Source of the DNA: a virus
Length of the DNA stretch: 64,000 nt
Direction: 5' to 3' (one strand)
IMG/VR virus record: IMGVR_UViG_3300046816_000078
The position numbers were made by a program, and so were the translations under genes. The first letter of the stretch is position 1. Every line of letters starts with the position of its first letter. The notes below the pieces were generated by a model, which worked only from the letters and a program-made list of their open reading frames with translations, ran no database searches and had not been told where the DNA came from. Positions 57,702-64,000 of this stretch are shown in pieces.

Positions 57702-58649
57702 TAGTGATGTAAGGCAAGACGAACGGGCAGGTCGGGACTGCGGCCGAAGGATCTCTAAGTCGGGATCTCGCGGTGAGAAGTCCACCTTTGATGGTTCGTC
57801 GCAGTAAGCCGAAACGAACGGCTAACCTCGGTAGTGGGGCCAGGGTGCGATTGGGCACCGCCACGGGAAAGGTTAGCAACCATAAACTAAACCACAAGCC
57901 AAAGCGGAACACGTGGCTAAGGGAATTCGCATGGTGGATTCCCGGCCCGGCGAGGTGACTCAATGGGCTTAGCAAGTGCCAGGTCTTGTGGATTGCGGCT
58001 AGTTTCGATTGTCCATAGGGTAATCGTGTTTCGGGACTTAGCCGCGTAAGCCAAACTGAGAAAGTCCTTCTTCTTTATCTAGCTTTAGCGGCCTACGGGC
58101 ATCGCACATAGTAGAGACAGAGACTAGCTCAATGGCCGGTGATAACGGTTGTACGTGGATTGTTAGGGACGCTTAGGCTCGGGCTTCCGCCCGGATAGCA
58201 ACCGAAACAATGACGATTACGCGGGTTCGATTCCCGCATTCACCGCTAGTGCGGGCAGGCAAAGAACCGGGAGCCGTCGCTGAATGCGATAACGGCAGGG
58301 GGTTTGTCCGCACATAAAGTTGGACAATGGGAACCGTCAAGAGCCTTTAGCCATAGATTAACCCTAGGCTGGCAGCTACGGCACATAAGCGCGATAAGCA
58401 GACAGCAACCGAAAGGGCCTGTTTGCTGCCTTGCGTGAGCGGTGTTTATGAACTGTATTCAGTGGGCGAATGGTGAAAGATCCGCGTTAGAGCGGGCGCG
58501 TTTATCGCAAGGGAGCGAAGCGGTTAAAACGGCTGACAATAGCTGACGGTATCCGGGGCGTGCGCACAATCCGGGGAGAATAAATAAGACGATAGGTCGG
58601 CCCATTGTTCTCAACTCTTATCCACCACACAGCAGAAAGGACAGGCTAA
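57702..58649 (+). ncRNA. About 950-nt ORF-poor, hairpin-rich transcribed region downstream of P3
   Basis: No SD-led ORF. Contains a conserved leader (57702-57810), the tRNA-like module at 58138-58245 and long hairpins such as GTGCGG...CCGCAC at 58249-58312. Confidence 0.5.
58138..58245 (+). ncRNA. tRNA-like / tmRNA-TLD-like module
   Basis: 5' GGTGATAACGGTTGTACG resembles a tmRNA 5' end. T-arm GCGGG-TTCGATT-CCCGC followed by ATTCACC-G. Interior hairpin CGGGC-TTCC-GCCCG. No anticodon arm and no G3-U70. Confidence 0.4.
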
Positions 58650-58799
58650 TGATGCAAGAGATAAAGACCACTTACACCACAGTTTGTAAAGACTGCGGCG
58701 AGACTTTCACCGAAACTACTACTACGGGTCCTGTCAATATCTGCCAGCCCTGCGCCAAGGTGCGGAGTGCCGCGATATTCGCGATGCCCAGTGAGTAAA
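58650..58799 (+). CDS. Small zinc-ribbon protein (49 aa)
   Basis: MMQEIKTTYTTVCKDCGETFTETTTTGPVNICQPCAKVRSAAIFAMPSE with two CxxC pairs and GAAAGGA SD. Confidence 0.55.
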
Positions 58800-58807
58800 A
58801 ATTCTGT

Positions 58808-58881
58808 GGGCCGGTATTCCAATAGGCAGAGAAACCGGATTCAAACCCCGGACAGTGAGGGTTCAAATCCCTCCCGGCCTA
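58808..58881 (+). tRNA. tRNA with Leu anticodon CAA but short variable loop
   Basis: Acceptor GGGCCGG/CCGGCCT (G1-U72), A73, Leu-type D-loop AATAGGCAGAG. Anticodon loop TTCAAAC with an A31-C39 mismatch. T-arm GAGGG-TTCAAAT-CCCTC. Confidence 0.6.
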
Positions 58882-58893
58882 CTATAAAAACTT

Positions 58894-59035
58894 GACCGCT
58901 GCCGATCATAGGGTTCGCGCCCGAAGCTGGCGAATGATTGGACTAGGTATCATGGGTTGCAAACCTGGCCTAGTGCGTGTATCGGATGGGTTAACACATT
59001 CGTTACGGGTTGGGGTTCGATTCCCCCAGCGGCCT
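58894..59035 (+). ncRNA. tRNA-like module with long internal irregular hairpin
   Basis: 5' GACCGCTG pairs with 3' CAGCGGCC after the T-arm GGGG-TTCGATT-CCCC. Internal helices CGAATG/CATTCG and ACTAGG/CCTAGT. Too long (142 nt) for a tRNA. Confidence 0.4.
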
Positions 59036-59077
59036 CTAATTCAAATCAAATCCACCACACGAAAGGCCCGATTCCAA

Positions 59078-59212
59078 ATGGACCCGGACTACGTTTTCAA
59101 CCTTTACAAGCTCGCGGTGCGCGATGGTGACAAGGCTCTTGCCGCCGATTACATGGCGAGCCTGCGTCAGTACATGGCGAATGGCGGGTATGCTCCGCTC
59201 GGTTGGAGGTAA
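59078..59212 (+). CDS. Hypothetical protein (44 aa)
   Basis: Start at MDPDYVFNLYK. The longer track ORF would run through the tRNA-like RNA. Confidence 0.5.
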   Translation: MDPDYVFNLYKLAVRDGDKALAADYMASLRQYMANGGYAPLGWR

Positions 59213-59217
59213 TCAGA

Positions 59218-59733
59218 ATGGCCCGGCGCACAATTCATCTACCCGCCGACGTGAACCTAGCGCACCTTAAGCGCATTCACGATGATGCCACCGCGCTGCT
59301 AGACAAGTATGGTCTAGCGGCTAGGGGCTGGACAGCCGTTTACGACAATACGAAAAGGCGGGGCGGGCAGTGCCGTTACGCCGCTAAGGAAGTCGGGTTT
59401 AGCGTTCACCTGTTCGCTATCTGGACTTACAAAGCAGCAATGAATACCGTGCTGCATGAAATAGCCCACGCACTTTGCCCGAACCATGGGCATGACAAAG
59501 TGTGGAAAGCTAAGGCTATCGAGATTGGCTGCACTGGTGCGCGTCAATACGATGGCGCGGCGCAAGGTAGCTACCCTAGCCAAAGGCACGCACGCAACTG
59601 GGTTGGTACCTGCCCGAATGGCCACACTCAGACTCGCGCCCGTCAGCCATTGACAGGTCGTAAGTATAGCTGTGGCAGGTGCTCGCCCGGCGTATTCAGT
59701 TACGCCGCTATTATCACATGGAGGAAAAAGTGA
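59218..59733 (+). CDS. SprT-like zinc metalloprotease domain protein
   Basis: HEIAHAL (HExxH) followed by a C-terminal zinc ribbon CPNGH...CGRC. GGAGG SD. Confidence 0.6.
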   Translation: MARRTIHLPADVNLAHLKRIHDDATALLDKYGLAARGWTAVYDNTKRRGGQCRYAAKEVGFSVHLFAIWTYKAAMNTVLHEIAHALCPNHGHDKVWKAKAIEIGCTGARQYDGAAQGSYPSQRHARNWVGTCPNGHTQTRARQPLTGRKYSCGRCSPGVFSYAAIITWRKK

Positions 59734-59885
59734 GCGCTCTATTCGGAGTCGGCAGTGATCGCGAAAAGGACGATCTTGCCGCGCAGGAATTGGATCAACT
59801 CGAAACTGTCGAAGAACTGCGGCAACTAGCGGCCGAGGATTTGGCCGCTGAATTCGGCACCGACGTTTCAGAATGGCTGGTATGA
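59718..59885 (+). CDS. Hypothetical acidic protein
   Basis: Start at ATG 59718 or GTG 59730. Product about 51-55 aa. Confidence 0.45.
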   Translation: MEEKVSALFGVGSDREKDDLAAQELDQLETVEELRQLAAEDLAAEFGTDVSEWLV

Positions 59886-59888
59886 CCT

Positions 59889-60098
59889 GTGTGCAATCGT
59901 CACGCCCAGCATGAGGTAATGCTACGGTGCGAGCATAAGCGTCAGATCTGGCGCTGCCTTTTCTGCGGCCACCGCACACAGGAAAACGGAAAGCTGCCCA
60001 TCGCTTCACGCTATATGCCTTGGCGATGGTACACAGAACTTCGGAACCGGCAACGTGCCATAGGTTCCTATCTAGTAGTCATAAACCGGGAGGTATAA
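59889..60098 (+). CDS. Possible Cys/His-rich small protein
   Basis: 69-aa ORF with a GTG start and weak SD. Confidence 0.35.
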   Translation: MCNRHAQHEVMLRCEHKRQIWRCLFCGHRTQENGKLPIASRYMPWRWYTELRNRQRAIGSYLVVINREV

Positions 60099-60313
60099 TG
60101 ATTCAGTCCACGCTAGTTAACATTCGCGGAGATTCTTCCCCGATCGCTTTGGACGTTGGGCCGATGCCCGACAATACCTACGCCTACGGATTCACCGATT
60201 CGGATGGGTGGGTCATAAGTGAGGCTCGTTATGCGAATGCGGAGAGCGCTAAGCACGATGCGCGGCGTCCGCAGCAGATGAACCTTAAGGCTAATTTGGA
60301 GCCTCTACCGTGA
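60098..60313 (+). CDS. Hypothetical protein
   Basis: Start at MIQSTLVN with GGGAGG SD. Confidence 0.6.
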   Translation: MIQSTLVNIRGDSSPIALDVGPMPDNTYAYGFTDSDGWVISEARYANAESAKHDARRPQQMNLKANLEPLP

Positions 60314-60519
60314 CACCGGATGAATCCGAATATGCCTGGGCTCATTTCGATCTAGGCTACGGCGCGGATGGTCAGTGGCGCTACGCGATAGGTGATCACC
60401 TTAGCAAGAATGCTTTTGCTAACAAGGTCGATGCCTACCGCTACGCCACTAGGCCGCAGCGTCTAACTGATGATGGTCAGCTAATCCCCGATATTAGGTG
60501 GTCGCCGGAACTCAACTAA
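60310..60519 (+). CDS. Hypothetical protein
   Basis: GTGA overlap start. 69 aa. Loosely similar to the previous product (...A.A..YA.RP). Confidence 0.5.
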   Translation: MTPDESEYAWAHFDLGYGADGQWRYAIGDHLSKNAFANKVDAYRYATRPQRLTDDGQLIPDIRWSPELN

Positions 60520-60593
60520 GACAGCCGTCCGATCGAAACTACTAGTAAACAAACCATAAAACGCAGCACAACATCCTATGGAGGATAACTACC

Positions 60594-60824
60594 ATGGCTC
60601 AGGCTAAGACTCTTACTCAGGTCGGCTCTAACGTTGCTTACAGCGTGGCCGGTTCCAAGCTTACGATCGTGGTTGACCTTGACCAGGTTGCCGACGCTCC
60701 CGCGCCCGGTAAGAAGATGAGGCAGGTCGCCAACTCGGGTGGCTTTAGCGAGCTTCCCGACGTACAGGTCGATGGGCTGAACGTGCGGCTGAATCTGTAC
60801 GCTGGCGTCTACCCGGCGCGGTAA
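60594..60824 (+). CDS. Hypothetical protein
   Basis: 76-aa ORF with GGAGGA SD. Confidence 0.65.
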   Translation: MAQAKTLTQVGSNVAYSVAGSKLTIVVDLDQVADAPAPGKKMRQVANSGGFSELPDVQVDGLNVRLNLYAGVYPAR

Positions 60825-60992
60825 GCTCTCAGATCGATTCTAAGAGCCTCACAACCTAGACCCACCCAACCCTACCAGGGATGTACCAAAGGCCGCTCAG
60901 CGTTGCTCTCAGAGCCGCACACGGCACGACAAGGCAGACGCCCCCGGTAGGGATCGATCACGAGCCATGTATGAGGCGGCTCGTGGTCGGCT

Positions 60993-61066
60993 GGTCCACT
61001 AGCTCAGTCCGGTAGAGCAGCGGGCTCTTAACCCGCGTGTCATAGGTTCAAATCCTATGTGGATCA
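60993..61066 (+). tRNA. tRNA-Lys (CTT)
   Basis: Acceptor GGTCCAC/GTGGATC, D-arm TAGCTCAGTCCGGTAGAGC, anticodon stem GCGGG/CCCGC with loop CTCTTAA. Confidence 0.85.
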
Positions 61067-61071
61067 CTCAA

Positions 61072-61144
61072 GGATCGCTAACTCAATGTGTAGAGTAACC
61101 GACTTTTAATCGGTAAGTTCTGGGTTCGAGCCCCAGGCGATCCA
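61072..61144 (+). tRNA. tRNA-Lys (TTT)
   Basis: Acceptor GGATCGC/GCGATCC, anticodon stem ACCGA/TCGGT with loop CTTTTAA, T-arm CTGGG-TTCGAGC-CCCAG. Confidence 0.85.
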
Positions 61145-61175
61145 CTTTGCTGACGCAAATAAGAAAGGAACACAC

Positions 61176-61373
61176 ATGATCCGTTATCCAGGCGGTAAGC
61201 GAATTACCGTGCATCTATCCGATGGCACCGATCGTAAGATGGTCGTGTCGCTAATCCAGATCGTAAGTGATCCATCCGGTAACGGTATCATCGCTAGGTT
61301 TGGTCGCGACGATGGTAACGGCTGGAATGAATTCCTCGCCGCTCCGCTCACAAGCATTGTCAGTTGGGACTAA
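61176..61373 (+). CDS. Hypothetical protein
   Basis: 65-aa ORF with AAGAAAGGA SD. Confidence 0.6.
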   Translation: MIRYPGGKRITVHLSDGTDRKMVVSLIQIVSDPSGNGIIARFGRDDGNGWNEFLAAPLTSIVSWD

Positions 61374-61531
61374 TGACAAGGCTGACAATCTACGGACGGT
61401 GGGCGGTTTACAACGCCGACATTAAGACAGTCGAAACTCGTCTCGATCAATTCGAGGTTGAACTAATGCCGGATGAAAGCTGGAAAGCACCGGCAGGATT
61501 TAACGTATCCGTGGTTAAGGTGAACACATGA
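61373..61531 (+). CDS. Hypothetical protein (52 aa)
   Basis: MTRLTIYGRWAVYNADIKTVETRLDQFEVELMPDESWKAPAGFNVSVVKVNT. TAATG overlap upstream and ATGA overlap downstream. Confidence 0.5.
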   Translation: MTRLTIYGRWAVYNADIKTVETRLDQFEVELMPDESWKAPAGFNVSVVKVNT

Positions 61532-61737
61532 AAGATCATCGTGTGACAGCGTGGGTTAAATTCCTGGCTAAAGTTTCCGATCGGGAATTGATCCGATACA
61601 TCACCTCATGGGAACAAGCCCTAACGTGGTACGAGATCAAAACCTATTCGCACAATTCCAATGCTCGCGCACTAGCGGGAGCGTATGAAGTGCTGGACAT
61701 TCGTGCCAGAAAGCGGGAGAAAAATGCGCGAACGTAA
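61528..61737 (+). CDS. Hypothetical protein
   Basis: 69-aa ORF coupled to its neighbours. Confidence 0.55.
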   Translation: MKDHRVTAWVKFLAKVSDRELIRYITSWEQALTWYEIKTYSHNSNARALAGAYEVLDIRARKREKNART

Positions 61738-61891
61738 TCCCTGTGAAGTAGACAGGGCCGATATCGATGGTGCTGCATCACAGGCGCTATTCGAGTCAAC
61801 CTTTCCGGCTAAGCATGTGGTTAAGTACACTGCCCCGGTTGAAGAAGTCAAACAGCTAGAGCGTGAATTGTCCGCTCTGGAAAACAAGTAG
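61724..61891 (+). CDS. Hypothetical protein (55 aa)
   Basis: Start at MRERNPCEV with GGGAG SD. Confidence 0.5.
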   Translation: MRERNPCEVDRADIDGAASQALFESTFPAKHVVKYTAPVEEVKQLERELSALENK

Positions 61892-61903
61892 AAGGGTAAG
61901 TAA

Positions 61904-62164
61904 GTGAGTCAGAGCAGGAGTCATTACCAGGAGCGGTCAGGGCTTTTCGGTACGAGCGGAAAGCTCGCCGGTATCGAGGGCCGCACGGGTCTTAGGATCA
62001 GGCAGGAAAGGCGCATTGCCAATAGCTGCACGATCACCGATGAGCATAGCCACGGGGTTTGGCTATTCGACTCCGGTCGGCGCGACCTTTCCAAGTGCAA
62101 CGGTGCCCCGTGGCCTACCGCTGCGAGCCGTAAGGCTGATGCCAGTTCGGAGGTAAGCGTATGA
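61904..62164 (+). CDS. Hypothetical protein
   Basis: 86-aa ORF with a GTG start. Confidence 0.4.
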   Translation: MSQSRSHYQERSGLFGTSGKLAGIEGRTGLRIRQERRIANSCTITDEHSHGVWLFDSGRRDLSKCNGAPWPTAASRKADASSEVSV

Positions 62165-62421
62165 TGGATGACGAATATCGCGGTTACGATCCCGCCCATT
62201 ACGCAGGAGGGGCAGAGCCGTTTGATGCTCCCATTCCCCCATTCAATCCGCCCCCGGTAAACGTGTTCCTTTCAGCGGCTCAGCTTCGCAGGCTTTTCGG
62301 CTTGCTGAATTCGCTGGACATTCACAAGGTGAAATTTACCGGCAACCTGGAATTCGACGGCCATAACTTCATGGTCGGATACGATGTTACGAACGAAGAA
62401 CACTTCGTTTCGTTCAATTAA
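62161..62421 (+). CDS. Hypothetical protein
   Basis: 86-aa ORF with GGAGG SD and an ATGA overlap. Confidence 0.6.
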   Translation: MMDDEYRGYDPAHYAGGAEPFDAPIPPFNPPPVNVFLSAAQLRRLFGLLNSLDIHKVKFTGNLEFDGHNFMVGYDVTNEEHFVSFN

Positions 62422-62439
62422 GAAAGAAAGGAAACACCT

Positions 62440-62655
62440 ATGGCCACCGATGGAAAGGCTTCTGTTCCCGAGGTAAAGGCGTATTTCGCTAGCGATGATG
62501 TTGCCGAGGATGGCACCGTCATTCGTGAAGGAAAGCCGCTCACCGCTCGGGACCTCATCGCCCTTAAGCGTGGCGAATCGGCGGAAGGTTCCGATAACGC
62601 TAACGCTTATGACGACCTGGCTATCGGTATCGGTAACGGTACCCTGACTTACTGA
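62440..62655 (+). CDS. Hypothetical protein
   Basis: 71-aa ORF with AAGGAAA SD. Confidence 0.6.
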   Translation: MATDGKASVPEVKAYFASDDVAEDGTVIREGKPLTARDLIALKRGESAEGSDNANAYDDLAIGIGNGTLTY

Positions 62656-62696
62656 CCTACTCATGGAGGGCTGCGCATTCCTTACCACGCAGACTC

Positions 62697-62849
62697 GGGG
62701 CTGAAAGGCTATCGACGTAATTCCTAATGCGGGTCCGAATCCCGCCGCGCTGATCGAGAATGAAATGGTGCTTGTCGCCTATCAAAGCGCGATCGTTTAA
62801 CAGGCAAGACTGGGAATTGCGGACTACGGTTCAATTCCGTACAGCTCCA
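62697..62849 (+). ncRNA. Miniature tmRNA-like RNA (tRNA-Ala-like domain, P2 helix, short tag-like ORF)
   Basis: 5' GGGGCTGAAAGGCTATCGACG and 3' TACGG-TTCAATT-CCGTA-CAGCTCC-A give a 7-bp acceptor with G3-U70. 9-bp helix CGTAATTCC/GGAATTGCG. Internal frame GCC...TAA (62744-62800) encodes AALIENEMVLVAYQSAIV. Confidence 0.6.
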
Positions 62850-62928
62850 CAGGTCACCCACCGTCATATCGGGACGCTGATATGATCAGGTCCGTAAGTG
62901 GGTTGCGGGTAACGACGGTTACCCTAAA

Positions 62929-63010
62929 GGGACAAGTACGCGGTGTCTCGCATTACTTAAATCCGTACATCGGCCGGTAATGCGGCAGGGTTCGATTCCC
63001 TGTTGTTCCA
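62929..63010 (+). ncRNA. tRNA-like module (acceptor plus T-arm, interior 8-bp hairpin or pseudoknot)
   Basis: GGGACAA/TTGTTCC acceptor (G3-U70), A73, T-arm CAGGG-TTCGATT-CCCTG. The interior CGCATTAC...GTAATGCG helix crosses GTACG...CGTAC. No 5-bp/7-nt anticodon arm could be found. Confidence 0.4.
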
Positions 63011-63082
63011 CTATAAGAATTCTCGGGAGTGACTAACGGGTAACCCTAGTCGGGCTATGTGTGCCTCTCCTGCTCCCGCGAA

Positions 63083-63143
63083 TGTGGCTAGGGGTTGATC
63101 TCCATTAAGCGTGGTGGCTTAGTGATGTTGATCCCCCTAGCCA
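63083..63143 (+). other. Long perfect-stem hairpin in the RNA island
   Basis: GTGGCTAGGGG...CCCCTAGCCAC (11 bp) enclosing ATTAAGC/GCTTAGT. A second long hairpin at 63285-63323 (CTCCCTG...CAGGGAG) abuts tRNA-Glu. Confidence 0.5.
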
Positions 63144-63326
63144 CTCAATTTAAAGACGTTGCAAATGGCAGTTGGGATTACGGTTTATATCCCTATCGGT
63201 AACGAGTGTCGCCCGACAATAACCGTTAAGGGCGATCACTGATGTTTGCACGCGGTGAATACCGATGCGAGATTCGGTAAAACTCCCTGGCTGATTAGCT
63301 TGATCACTAATTGGTCAGGGAGTCAA

Positions 63327-63401
63327 GGCCCTTTCGTCTAGTCAGGATTAGGATACGAGGTTTTCACCCTCGCGACACGGGTTCAAATCCCGTCGGGGTC
63401 A
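63327..63401 (+). tRNA. tRNA-Glu (TTC)
   Basis: GGCCCTTTCGTCTAG... closely parallels bacterial tRNA-Glu. Anticodon stem CGAGG/CCTCG with loop TTTTCAC. T-arm ACGGG-TTCAAAT-CCCGT. Confidence 0.85.
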
Positions 63402-63425
63402 CTATGAATTAGCAGAAAGGAAAAC

Positions 63426-63788
63426 ATGGCCAGCGTAATCTGCACAACCGCCGATAACGACGAACAGCTCTTTACACGCGGTGCGTGTTTCATTCTTGGC
63501 GTTGTTCTTCACGGCCTATCCGGCTATGAGCTTGTCGAGGTTTGCCGCCGTCACGATATCGATTGTCACATCATGGTTAAGCGTGACGATGGAATGTATC
63601 TTGATATCCGTGGCTGGCAGACAGAGGAACAGGTAAGGGAAACGTGGGGACGGAATGTCAATATCATTCCCGCTGATCTTAACGAGCTGCTGACTGAATG
63701 GCATAACCCATTCGACTCCACCGACTGCTATAGTCGAGCGCTGGAAATTGCGCAAGACCTGATAGAGGGAACATATGAAAGTGAATGA
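63426..63788 (+). CDS. Hypothetical protein
   Basis: 120-aa ORF with GAAAGGAAAA SD. Confidence 0.65.
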   Translation: MASVICTTADNDEQLFTRGACFILGVVLHGLSGYELVEVCRRHDIDCHIMVKRDDGMYLDIRGWQTEEQVRETWGRNVNIIPADLNELLTEWHNPFDSTDCYSRALEIAQDLIEGTYESE

Positions 63789-64000
63789 CATACTCCCGGT
63801 GCCCGGTGATCGTGTAGTTTGCGGTCTGCGTTTCGAGCTGCCCAAGAATGAGCGCGGCCACACATGGGCATCGCTGGGAATCGACACGCGGCACAGTGGC
63901 GCATTCGGCGCATTCGTAGACATGGAAGTCTTCGCTTGCCTGGAATGCGGAAGGGATAAGCAGAAGACGATTCACGTTCCTCGGGTCACGGTCGATGAGG
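63775..64000 (+). CDS. Hypothetical protein, 3' end beyond window
   Basis: ATG at 63775. MKVNDILPVPGDRVVCGLRFELPKNERGHTWASLGIDTRHSGAFGAFVDMEVFACLECGRDKQ... stays open to the window edge. Absent from the track. Confidence 0.5.
   Translation, partial: MKVNDILPVPGDRVVCGLRFELPKNERGHTWASLGIDTRHSGAFGAFVDMEVFACLECGRDKQKTIHVPRVTVDE

Noticed and set aside
57955-58245. A full-length (~290-nt) tmRNA. GGTGACT at 57955 would pair with ATTCACC at 58238, and an internal frame ends ..VFRDLAA-TAA at about 58046.
   Set aside because: The acceptor pairing is imperfect and lacks G3-U70. The GUUUCGA box is about 45 nt from the putative 5' end rather than adjacent. A much better tmRNA-like candidate exists at 62697. 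Kept only as a remote possibility.
58808-58881. Opal-suppressor reading of the anticodon loop (ATTCAAA register, anticodon TCA).
   Set aside because: That register leaves only 2 stem pairs. The TTCAAAC register gives 4 Watson-Crick pairs plus an A-C mismatch and a proper U33.
58892-59077. Upstream two-thirds of track ORF 58892-59212.
   Set aside because: It runs through the T-arm-containing structured RNA and has no SD. A conserved-looking SD-led start exists at 59078.
1-64000. Lysogeny module (integrase, immunity repressor, attP) or defence/anti-defence cassettes such as toxin-antitoxin pairs.
   Set aside because: No integrase or recombinase-like ORF, CI/Cro-like divergent pair or recognisable toxin domain was found. 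The MazG homologs are pyrophosphohydrolases, not MazF partners.

Overview
The window reads as a contiguous piece of a large tailed dsDNA phage, most likely an actinobacteriophage. Genes are tightly packed, led by Shine-Dalgarno sites, and often coupled through TAATG or ATGA overlaps. All calls rest on reading the sequence, the supplied ORF translations and motifs recalled from memory. No database search was run.

Layout:
- 1-7035 (minus): early/replication block with a family A DNA polymerase, a MazG-like protein, an HNH endonuclease and many tiny ORFs. It has its own sigma70-like promoter.
- 7254-11222 (minus): lysis cassette with a GH25 muramidase, a papain-like peptidase, an inserted HNH endonuclease, a holin-like protein and three more membrane proteins. 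It ends in a clear intrinsic terminator.
- 11251-38927 (minus): complete virion module. In transcription order: zinc-ribbon protein, a Pup homolog, possible small terminase, HNH, large terminase, portal, prohead protease, HK97-type capsid, GH5 hydrolase, a Cys/His-rich protein, several small structural ORFs, a 1236-aa protein with about 24 tandem 20-aa repeats, connector and neck proteins, major tail protein, tail chaperone with a CCCAAAA -1 frameshift, tape measure, and four minor tail proteins.
- 38928-43127: repeat-dense control region with arrays of a GCTGAGAGGCT-type motif, TGACCTGCGG iterons, 45-nt inverted repeats, two tRNA-like RNA modules, a small-membrane-protein operon and a second MazG.
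- 43128-48222 (minus): accessory enzymes (C92 amidase, class II ribonucleotide reductase, a GT-A glycosyltransferase and a polysaccharide pyruvyl transferase).
- 48372-51491 (minus): an array of 16 tRNAs.
- 51684-64000 (plus): a block of small genes punctuated by near-identical TTGACA-17-TAATGT promoters with conserved leaders, 6 more tRNAs, a 153-nt tmRNA-like RNA and further non-canonical tRNA-like modules.

The most notable observations are the phage-encoded prokaryotic ubiquitin-like protein (Pup), the family of tRNA-like and tmRNA-like RNAs, the Leu-anticodon tRNAs that lack a long variable arm, the promoter/leader/operator family, and the giant repeat protein in the head-neck region.

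No rRNA, CRISPR array, integrase or repressor was seen.
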